From Hormiphora californensis (lineage: Eukaryota; Animalia; Ctenophora): DNA of 64,000 nucleotides. Shown here in pieces: positions 1 through 9,827 of the stretch (position 1 is the first letter of the stretch; each line of letters begins with the position of its first letter). The stretch is from the NCBI GenBank assembly GCA_020137815.1, contig CM035353.1:6138001-6202000 (forward strand), in the 5' to 3' direction. Both the position numbers and the translations under genes were made by a program. Under the pieces are notes generated by a model. It saw only the letters and a program-made list of their open reading frames with translations, was not told the origin of the DNA and searched no databases.

Positions 1-48
1 GTTATCAATATTAATATGTACATATATGTACATATTAATATTGATAAC
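1..48. repeat. Perfect 48-bp AT-rich palindrome (may extend beyond the window start)
   Basis: gttatcaatattaatatgtacata followed directly by its exact reverse complement tatgtacatattaatattgataac. Confidence 0.9.
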
Positions 49-193
49 AAGTGTGGAAATGTATAACTTAATCTTTTGTATGGCCATTCTAAGCGATTTA
101 CTCTTAAATTGCGGTCCTATTGGGTTATTTTACAGCTAGATTCAAGCGGTTCTTGAAGATCAGGAGATTTTCTTCTAAAACGCAATGATTGTA

Positions 194-365
194 CAGTCGG
201 ACCCCGATTTAACAGCCCCCGATTTAGCGGCACCCCGATTTAACGGCAGCATAATCTTCCCCCGATATAGAAAACTGACAGTATTTGACCCCGATTTAGC
301 GGACACCCCGATTTAACGGACAAAACCCTTTACCCCAAGGGTGCCGTTAAATCGGGGTCCGACTG
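194..365 (+). mobile_element. 172-bp Tc1/mariner(pogo)-type MITE, family A
   Basis: TIR CAGTCGGACCCCGATTTAAC...GTTAAATCGGGGTCCGACTG, TA on both sides (192-193, 366-367), internal CCCCGATTTA repeats; other copies at 8438, 31489, 60758. Confidence 0.9.
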
Positions 366-624
366 TACCTATAGCAAAATTTTAATATTGTGAAACTTTA
401 ATAAACATCAGCGATCAAAATAAGAGGGCCGGCCAGCTCAATTCACCTGGCCAGCCCTCTGGTGGTATGTTGAGGCTATGGCCAGTGATACTGTGACCAG
501 TAATGACCTTCACAAGTCAACCAAAAATTCTGCTTCACGAACCTAATCTACCAACAACTTCAAATTATTTTTACATTTATATAGTTCATCATTTCACTCA
601 CCATCACTATTAGCATAGCACAGC

Positions 625-1290
625 ATGACAGATCCAGAACCTGATATTCAACCCAGTACATCTAAGTTCCGCTGTTCTCTCTACAAGATTACCTTCAACT
701 CAAAAAGTACCTTGACCCGCCATACGAAGACTCTACATGCTGCACGAGCCAAAGTTCACAGGTGCACACAGTGCTCGTTCACTTCGGGTCGAAAAGATAC
801 TCTCGTACGCCACAAAAAGGTTCACGGGGACAAGACCAGCGCAGTAAGTAGGCCAAGAAAGAATGAAGGAAACCATCGATGTGGTGACTGTGAAGCAGTA
901 TTCAGCCGCCTTTGGAACCTAGAAAGACACCAGGAGGTATATAATTTTGCTAGTTCTTCAAGTGAACGTATCAGCCGAGCCTCAATGCAAGTCCGTGAAG
1001 CAGAGCCCCAGTCTAGTGCATCATCCTCTGGGCCATTATCATTTGTCCAGCCTTGTCCGCTGTTTGCAGAAGATACAATTGAATCCGATAGAGATGAAGA
1101 AATGGAAGTATCTGAGGCTGGTATCTGTTTATTGTGGTCACAACTTACATACATAACAACTAAACCTTTGTTAATAGGAAACTACAAGAATTCGGGCTAT
1201 GCCTGGAAGGTGAGGGGTGACAACCTAAAAGCTGCTTATTTTGAACAATTACGCAGTTACATCACCCCTGTACCAACTAAAGTCTTATAA
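625..1290 (+). pseudogene. C2H2 zinc-finger ORF (three fingers, two degenerate) joined to a truncated PR/SET exon; probably transposon-associated
   Basis: CTQC..H..H finger plus degenerate CSLY..H...H and CGDC..H...Y fingers; donor G|GTATCT near 1120 and acceptor TTAATAG|G near 1177 join in frame to GNYKNSGYAWKVRGDN. Confidence 0.6.
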
Positions 1291-1949
1291 AAAGGGACTG
1301 GTGAAGTTTGTGGCTGGTTCTTTTCTATTTGTGCCAGGGATAAAATGCTTTGGTCAGGTCGAGGGTTTATTGAGGGATTCTGGGGGCATGACTTTTTTAA
1401 TATTTGTTGAGATTGTTGGAGAAGACAATGTGTGCCCCACTGCTTCACATGCTGCAGGACAAATAATATATTTTATACTACCCCTTTTTAAACTTGAAAA
1501 CGGTTTGTTTCATTCATTCAACTCGATAAAAAACATTTACCACAACACCACCTTTCTCTCAACACAGTACATTTCCCAGTCAGTAGGTTGAGAAATGAGA
1601 GGGGTGTTCTCATCTTTGAAAGCACAGTGCAGTTTCTCAAGCCGTACATGAGCTGACCGAGGAGTTACTGTCTGAAAACAGAGAAAAGGCTTATACACAC
1701 AGGAAGGGAAACGGAGTTGATCCGGTCAAAATTTCCGTCAAGGAAGATGGAACATACCAAAAAAGGGGTGATAGGTCACGGGGATACACCTCGAAGATCG
1801 GAAGTAAAGCCAAGTTTGACCCTGAGTGCAGCTAGCAGAGCCCGTGAAGCTGTGGAGCATCTAGAGCGTGTCCGAATGAAACGTGCTCTGACAGGGTTGT
1901 TGCACCCGTCAATCCTGGCAGTGGCATGGTGTGTGTGTGGGACTGATGT

Positions 1950-2770
1950 GATGAAACACGGGCTCCTTTTCCACTATACTCCCGTGAAGGGGCTACTTCT
2001 GGATTTCATTAGTACGAATTACCCTTTCATGGTACGAATCATGAGTGAAGTCCAAAAGGAAAATGCCAGTTCGGTGCTTAGCCCCATGACCGATGAGGTC
2101 ATCAAAGTGAGAGACAACAACAACAATCAAAGTGAGAGATATCATTCAATTTTAATTATATTATGACTTTTATTACTTTAAATATTAATAGTGATGGTGT
2201 GCAGACCACGAATTCGTCTATATCGAGTATGTACCCTGTGATGATAACCAACTGCCGTTAGATTTAAAAATATTTTAACCCCTTTAATTTTCTTGAAAAC
2301 CTCTGGCTGCGATTTTGATCAGGCCATACAAAAACCACTTGTTCTTAATTATCTTAATCAATCGACAATCTGAGAGATATCGTTCGATATGAATAATATT
2401 ATGACTTTTTTACTTTAAATATTAACATTGATGGGCACGCAAAAGAATACAGGGGAATGTAGGAACGGACACTGTGACTGACACTGGCCACATTGCGTTC
2501 TTCAAGAAGTTCTTCCCCGCAAAAAGATCGTTCTTCCTGAAGGGCTCCCTCTGTCTCAACAGCTTGTGCTTGGTGTCACCTAGTGACAACCATCATCCTG
2601 CCCTCCGGCACGTCACCGTCAACAGCCAACATTGAAAGAGCGGAAGAACAGATTGACAACTTCTTTAAGGAGGTTCTCCGGATCTTTGGACCTGGATTTG
2701 CGACGAACAATTTCCATGTTCTGCTCCACATGCCGAAACAGGTTCAGAGACTTGACCCGTTATCCAACAA
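1950..2770 (+). mobile_element. Degenerate CACTA/EnSpm(CMC)-type transposase fragments
   Basis: DGVQTTNSSISSMYPV (~2192-2245, first catalytic-D region) and IERAEEQIDNFFKEVLRIFGPGFATNNFHVLLHMPKQVQRLDPL (N.H.LLH...GPL motif). Confidence 0.65.
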
Positions 2771-3514
2771 CATTTTGTGCTGTTGTACCTTTTTATAAAA
2801 TAAAAAATAATAGTATGAACAATTCAAACAACATTATAATATAATGTAGTTCATAATACATATTTTCAGAAGAGTAGAATCCCTGCTAAAAGTAGGACGT
2901 TGGCCCCTGTGAGGAGCATGGGGATCTGACACCCTGCCGGGAGGAGGATACGGACCCAGGGACACATGTGACCACCTACCCCACACAATATTATGTGGAG
3001 ATAAAGATATATAAAGAAATATTTTTTATTCAACTCCACTTCCTTTGGTATCTGTTTATCGTGGTCGCATACATAACAACCTGTATCAATAAGAAACTAA
3101 AAAGGAAGAGGCTGGCGTCCAGCCAGTACAAGCAAGTACAAGGCTGTGAAGCAAGCGGGGAAGGATTCGGGCAATGCCTGGAAGGTGAGTGGTGACAACG
3201 GTGATGAAAACCTAAAAACTGCTTATTTTGAACTATTACGCAGTTACATCACCCCTGTACCAACTAAAGTTTTATAAAAAAGGGTTGGTGAAGTTTGTGG
3301 TTGGTTCTTTTCTATTTGTGCCAGGGATAAAATGCTTTGGCCAGGTCGAGGGTTTAGTGAGGGATTCTGGGGGCATGACTTTTTTTAATATTTGTTGAGA
3401 TTGTTGGAGAAAATCATGTACCTCACGGTATATTATGTCGTTTTGCCAAATCTTCGGCAAATATCTTAAAGGTGGTCGAATGTTCAGTACTGCTTTCAGT
3501 GATCCCCTGTTAAT

Positions 3515-3890
3515 AGGAAACTACAAGGGGAAGAGGCTGACTTCCAGCCAGTACAAGGCTGTGGAGCAAGCGGGGAAGGATTCGGGTTATGCGTGGAAGG
3601 TGAGAGGTGACAACGGGACCCACATTGTGGATGGGGGCAACCCCAAAAGCAGCAACTGGCTCCGCTTTGTTAACCACTCACGGTTCCAGGCGGAGGAAAA
3701 TGTCTGGTCGTGTTTGTTGGGGTGGTAACTTACCACCCCAACAAACACGACCAGTGGTAGTATAAGTTAAAATTCTACGTGCATACTAAAAAACAATATA
3801 TCTGTAAACGCATTACATATTTTCCATACCAGGGCAGCTATAACAGAACTACACGGCTGTGGGAGCTGCTGGTGGACTACCATCAGGATC
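3515..3890 (+). pseudogene. PRDM-type PR/SET domain fragment in two exons; partial copies at ~1178-1222 and ~3093-3200
   Basis: GNYKGKRL..DSGYAWKVRGDNGTHIVDGGNPKSSNWLRFVNHSRFQAEENV, then after a GT(~3725)..AG(~3832) intron ..RLWELLVDY; fits the PRDM GYSW / VDG..NWMRYVN.A / ELLVWY motifs. Confidence 0.75.
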
Positions 3891-4639
3891 TGGGGATAGA
3901 CCCGTCCCTCCGTGTGGACAGGAAAAGTGAGTAACCAGAGTACTTGAGTATATAAATAGAACTCACGATTCGGGTTTTCCCATTCATTCACATCACAAAC
4001 CCTTTCACACTAGAGATTAAAAAAGCACAGTAGTATTGGCTGCAATTCCCTAAACTCTCCGTGAGCGGAAAGAGCATCTGATAAGCTGTACGATATATAA
4101 AGTAGGAATATGGGAAAGTTTTAGAAGAGATCCTGGCGAAATGGGACCGTAATGGGATCTTGTGTTTGGGCCGCATGTGACCAACACCAATAGTGGCCGA
4201 TCCTTTCCGAGCCAGGTCAATTTACTAGTATAGCCTCACAGCTGTGTGGCTTTGCCAGGGGAGGCATCAAAGGTATTTCGGAAAGCTGTGCCAACACAGA
4301 ACGTTGTGCTGGGAACATAATGCCAGGGAGAAGATCAGGGTATTAAAAACACTATCGGGCGTTGGGTATCGATGTCGCAGCTAAGTCTGACTCAGAAGCA
4401 ATCTTTGGTCAACCCGGTTCTCCTCGCTGCCAGAACTTCGGTTCTTCTCCCTCCTCAAGGCGGGGAAACGATACGTGTTCGGCCAACAACAAGGTATTCA
4501 CTGTGTCCGATCTTTTCCTTCACAGATAAGGTCCCTAGCCTCAAGACTTGCAGGATCTACCTGGCGGGCAGGGAATCGGAAGCTGCTCCCACAGACGAGA
4601 GCAGGTATAATAATAGAAGAGTAGAATAATAATATATGT

Positions 4640-5550
4640 AGTTCATGATATGTAATGCCAAACAGAGTCTCAATATTCCACTCTCAACTATAACATTGGG
4701 GCGAGTGAGGATCCTATATTCTGTGGAATAGAGGAAGAGGATAATTATACACACATTGCACACGAACCAACTACATGTGCCCCCATGAGATAAGCTAGAC
4801 CGTGGGGTAAGGTCTATATTACTGACTATCATGAAGTGAAGGGTCAGTCCGTACAATCTGTCTAGTTCGACGGGAAGATTAACAAGGTAATTGTGGACTT
4901 GAAGATGGCGGAGAAGAATGACAAAGATTCTTAATCATTTACGGGGATAATAAGGATACTAATTGCCAGGGGCCGGAATGCTGGGTTTGCTGAATCTGAC
5001 AATGCTGACAATTATGTAGTAATTTCAATGCACTTCTATTATACATGTCCACTATCACGGATAATGCAGTTCTGTATTCTGCGATTTATCGAATTCGAGA
5101 AAGCACCAAACTGACATTATCGGTGCAGCTCTTCATAACTCTGAAGAAGTTGTTACAAGGAATAGTTGCGTCTTATGCTAGCTGCAACGCTAACACCGGA
5201 AGGGAAGGGGAGCGCTGGTACATTTCCAGTCTCGGCATAGAGGTCCAGTCCCGACCTCCACCGCCAGAAGACATTCTCATAGCAAACAGGGAGGACTGAG
5301 GAGATTCACTAACAAGCTTTTGTGGTCTTTAACCTGAAGACAATTTGCATATGCAGTAATTGTCCAGGCATTAGAAGAGAATGGACTATGTCTCTAGGAG
5401 ATAAATGTCTACACCATAGCATCCACTCGAAACACGATGCATTAGATAATATTTTACTTAGAACTATAGACAGAGAAGAATACATTAACCATGACAAGCT
5501 TAATGAAGCCAATCTTTACATACATCTTGAAGACATAATTTATTGTTAAA
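4640..5550 (+). mobile_element. Highly decayed non-LTR retrotransposon-like remnant (tentative)
   Basis: Broken frames such as QLHVPP*DKLDRGVRSIL and a Cys/His-rich CSNC...HSKHDALDNIL segment; many stops. Confidence 0.25.
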
Positions 5551-5669
5551 TGATTAACTTGATTAAATATTCCCGTGTTATTTTGTCTCGCTACCCCGGT
5601 GACATTCCCTAGCTGCACATGCTAGATTTTATTAATAATGGACGTTTTGAGCATCCTGCCATGCCCATA

Positions 5670-6275
5670 AGGCTATAAGCATACTGATCGTGATGATCAT
5701 AATCAGGTCAGTGTGCGGAGATTTTGATGGTCACCATCAAAGAAGCGCTCACACTGATGGTTATCATCATGATGGAGGCTTGATGCATCATGATGCTCTC
5801 AAACCATAGTGTGTTCACGTTTGATCATCATAAACCATAGTGTGCGCAGGTTTGATCATCATAAACCATACTCAACTTGTTGGAACTTGCCTTTTGATCA
5901 TGATCATCATGACCAGTGTGCTCAGCATGATGATGCTATCTCCCCCTTGCCTCCTCTTGCCTAGTCGCGCGCTCTGAGAGGCTGTTGCATATCACGTGAC
6001 CTGTACAACAGCCTCTCGTGCGCGCGAAGTCGTACCACGTGGTACATGTCACATGACTACAGTGCAGCCCTCCATAAGAATAAGATCAGAACGTGCGCAC
6101 ACTAGGTGTTGATGATCATCATCCAACTTAAGAGACGGCTCCAGGGCCAGCTCTTACGTGATGATCATAATGTTGCGCACACTGCAGTTTTTTGCAGATG
6201 ATGATGATCAAAACCATGAGCACACTTCATCTTTTTAACTGATTATGATCATCACGATCAGTATGCTTATAGCCT
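5670..6275. mobile_element. ~606-bp MITE with ~38-bp TIRs and internal ATGATCAT repeats
   Basis: AGGCTATAAGCATACTGATCGTGATGATCATAATCAG...CTGATTATGATCATCACGATCAGTATGCTTATAGCCT flanked by TA. Confidence 0.85.
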
Positions 6276-6399
6276 TATACGAGCTGTCCACTCTACTACT
6301 TTCGGTCTGAGCACTGAGGTTTATAGATTGATATGAGGATAGAAGAAGTAGACACGTGATCCCGGGTGGAATTAGGAAGGTATTCAGAAAGATGGGTAA

Positions 6400-6720
6400 G
6401 ATCATCAGGGGACTTTATCAAGAAATATCAATCAATCAACAAGCTAACCTCAACGAAACTCTGGCTGAGGATCCATTGATCAATTCAAAGGGAGAAATAT
6501 GAAGAATTGAAAAAAAATTCGCTGGTAATTTGTTACTAGGATTTCTAGCATGTACCTTGAAGTAGACTTGAACAACGAAGTAAGCTAGCTTGTTCAAGAC
6601 TGGGTGGTCAGAGCTGGGGATGTGTACAAACGGATGGTACGGTTGGCTGTTGTGTACCAACGCGAGTTATCCATTTTACCTATCCAACTACTGATCAGCT
6701 TATCTGGGAACTCTGTTGGA
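6400..6720 (-). mobile_element. hAT-superfamily (hATm-like) transposase remnant
   Basis: IGKMDNSRWYTTANRTIRLY (SRWLTTANR.LRLY-type motif), then a frameshift into VLNKLAYFVVQVYF. Confidence 0.65.
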
Positions 6721-7329
6721 TCTGGAATTTGGAAATAAGGTATGTTTAGGGAGATAGTCAACAGAGTGAGAGGGGCAACAAGTGGAGTTACAATTTTTAA
6801 CTCTTCTTTACCTTAAGTAACAGCCAAAAATATATGAGGTAGGTGTTATGGGCATCACTGCTCAGTCTCCCTAGTTGTTCAGCGTTCAGCTCCTCGATGT
6901 AACAGTCTATCGGCTGGTACTTGGCGATTGTCCCACACATTCGTACCTAGATCGTCGCCGATAGTGGGCCACGTGGGATCGTTTTCAGGCCATGCCGCTT
7001 GTAAGAGGTTCATTCTAAAGAGCTGTGAGTGTGATGGGTTTGGTTTAGTTTAGTACACCGTACTGGAAATGAGGGGGGAGGTGGTAGAAAGGTAGGTTAG
7101 ATGGGATTTGTGTTGCAACATGTTGGATAATTCGTGTTGGGGAGAGGGAACAGTAAAACACACTGATAGATAATAGCTGTCTAGTACAAACATACACAAT
7201 GAATAATAAATGTAGTCAGGCGCCTTTTTGACTGCCTGAACTAAATGCAAACTAGCCTATCTAATGTTTTTCTATCAGGCGGGGGGGGGGGGGTGATATG
7301 GCGCCTTTTCGACTGCCGAGATCGTATTT

Positions 7330-8865
7330 AATTAATTAAAAATCACACTACAAACAGTCTCTTCCCTAGTGGTTAAAAGAGTTAAGGCGTTTAAGTATCT
7401 TTCTAGCGGGAATACTGGGGAGAACACAGCTCGATATGCCCGGATAGGAGCTAGAGGTGTGGAGATGCAAAAAATGTCTCCTTTATCGAGGGACCGATCA
7501 ATCGCATAAGGGAGTATCTCCTTGCCTCTAACTTCCTCTGCCAGTACAAAGGCTCTTTCCAAAGCGGCAACCCTCAGTCTCCCAGATGTAGTTGTTCGGC
7601 TCCAGCATACAAAGTTTGAACCGAGAATCAAACACCAGCTCCTTAAACCATTCAACGCCCACGCCACGCAACATTGAAGTGAACTGATGGAGACACGGGT
7701 CAGGAGTATCCGGCATCCTCCCCCTTATTACCGGCATCCCCACTGATGGTCCCTTTAAGTCCTTCAGTGCCAAGGCAATATTGGTGTTGGTGGCCATCTG
7801 GAGACACGGCTTGTTGAAACCTGTAAGAATTTAAGAAATTTAGGATAAGTGCATATTAACTCTATTATAAAGTAGAAATTCAGGTCGAATAGTTAGTAAT
7901 CACCTCTAAATGATTTGACCAGGACACCATTATACGACTCATGAGGGAACATTGAGAGGTATGGTAGAGGCCCCATATCTCTGACCAGGTCAGGGAGGTG
8001 TGTCAGCTGGTGCACGTTGAACACGCAGAAGCCTTCTGAATTATACACCTTCGGTAACCCGGTCACAAACTTGTCGAGGTGTATCCGGGATAGTCGGATG
8101 TCCTCAACTGTCACTGAATCTCTGAAAATATTTCAAATGGATACCAAATAGGGTCGTTTGACAGTGCACGCGGGTGTAAACAATGGGTTTTCTTGTGAAT
8201 GGATCTATATTATAGATTTATGCATATTTACTTGTTAAGGTAGGATAGGCCAATGCAGAGATCCAGCCAATGGATCAGTTGATCCGTTGATATTAACTTT
8301 TTCTTCGCCAGTTTCTCAAAAAGAATCGGGCTGACAAAGAAAAGCATAACCATCCATTCTGCTCCTGTGAAGGTTGTGGTGTGTTAAAATAAAGTGGATG
8401 TACAATTACAATTGCAAAAATCACGGTTATATATATACAGTCGGACCCCGATTTAACGGCACCCTCGGGGGAAAGAGTTTTGTCCGTTAAATCGGGGTGT
8501 CCGCAAAATCGGGGTCAAATAATGTTAATTTTCTATATCGGGGGAAGATTATGCTGCCGTTAAATCGGGGTGCCGCTAAATCGGGGGCCGTTAAATCGGG
8601 GTCCGACTGTACATGTACAATACCTTTATAATTCTTTTGTTCCGCCACCACCCGAACACGTCTCTCGATCTAAAACAATGAATTTTTGATAATTATATTA
8701 GAAAATGATTAATGCTATAAAAGTTGTAATAATAGAGATTGTACTTACCCAGCTCGGGGTTTCAACAGTTGACAAAAACGAATCAGCAACTGCCTTTTTT
8801 CTTTCTCCTTCTGCCGTCGAGTCAAAAATCACACCAAACATCTTCTTAGTGACCCCCAAGTAGAT
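7330..8865 (-). mobile_element. Spliced CACTA/EnSpm-type transposase, C-terminal part (5' truncated)
   Basis: Exons ~8865-8749, 8669-8624, 8364-8232, 8121-7904, 7820-~7330; the first four join in phase giving IYLGVTKK..PSW|IERRVRVVAEQKNYKG|AEWMVMLFF..HWLDLCIGLSYLNK|DSVTVEDI..FNVHQLTHLPDLVRDMGPLPYLSMFPHESYNGVL; the last exon is frameshifted. Confidence 0.8.
8438..8609 (-). mobile_element. Family A MITE (172 bp, reverse orientation) inside a transposase intron
   Basis: Same TIRs and TA TSD as 194-365. Confidence 0.9.
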
Positions 8866-8929
8866 CTCCCAGATGTAGTTGTTCGGCTCCAGCATACAAA
8901 GTTTCAACCGAGAACAGATTCCAATATCC

Positions 8930-9400
8930 CATGACCCATTGGCCATTACGGTCCCATTTCCCCGTGTTAACAGTTGTGGAGTCAGCGGCGATGACTATCA
9001 CCTTGTCCGTGTGTACACCCTTGTCCACTACAGTTGACGAAACAGCTGCCCCGGTACCGTCAGGAGACACACTGTAGCCACCGTACTCCTGTTCCGACTG
9101 CTTATCATAAAAAAAACAATGGTTATGTTGTCGTCTATGGAGCTTGTAAAGAAACCCTCCTCATAGCTGTCTTGAAGTTCCTCGTTTCCTATTACTCTCT
9201 TCATCCTCATACTCTTCACGAAAAGGTTCCCCTTGGGCAATCGCCAATCTCCACTTTTGATCGAAGACAACGTTGGCCACAGATGAAGAAGTGACAAGAG
9301 GGAGTTCCTCAAAGAGAGTCCAACAGTGAACCGCAAAACTGCCAATGCTTTCACGAAAGTAGGAATGGTCTTTCTAGCACTCTTGAGTATTTAGTTTTAG
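8930..9400 (-). mobile_element. hAT-superfamily (hATm-like) transposase remnant
   Basis: SPDGTGAAVSSTVVDKGVHTDKVIVIAADSTTVNTGKWDRNG (D.T..NTG motif). Confidence 0.6.
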
Positions 9401-9827
9401 GAAAAATAATTTCCTCAGAAAAGGTTTTGGTAGTTTTTTTCTTCAACTCCTCATACACTTCCCCGACAACCTCATCGTTGTCACTGAAAGGGTCTTCATC
9501 TTTGTTGTCAGTTCATTGTACCAACTACCACTGTGGAAGACTGCATTTTCTTTCTTCAGTTGATCAGAGCATCAGCCACCCTCTCCGATGCCTTTTCTGC
9601 CTTCATGATGTCCAGGTTCACCCCCTGAAACACAGTGTGTACGAATACAGACTGACTAATTAATGACGTAAATATCATGTTGAAACTCTCCATATTATCC
9701 TGTATTCCCCTCGCAGGTCGCCTTGCTGCCTTGCATTTTGCCGATAAAGTTTAAAATCTGAAGATCCGATTGGCAAACATTGCTGGCCCCCGATAGGCAG
9801 CGCTTTTCAAAAATCCGAAATCTCGTA

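Noticed and set aside
625-3890. Calling this locus PRDM9
   Set aside because: The SET domain is incomplete, the domain order is reversed, there is no KRAB/SSXRD or tandem finger array, and it is fragmented.
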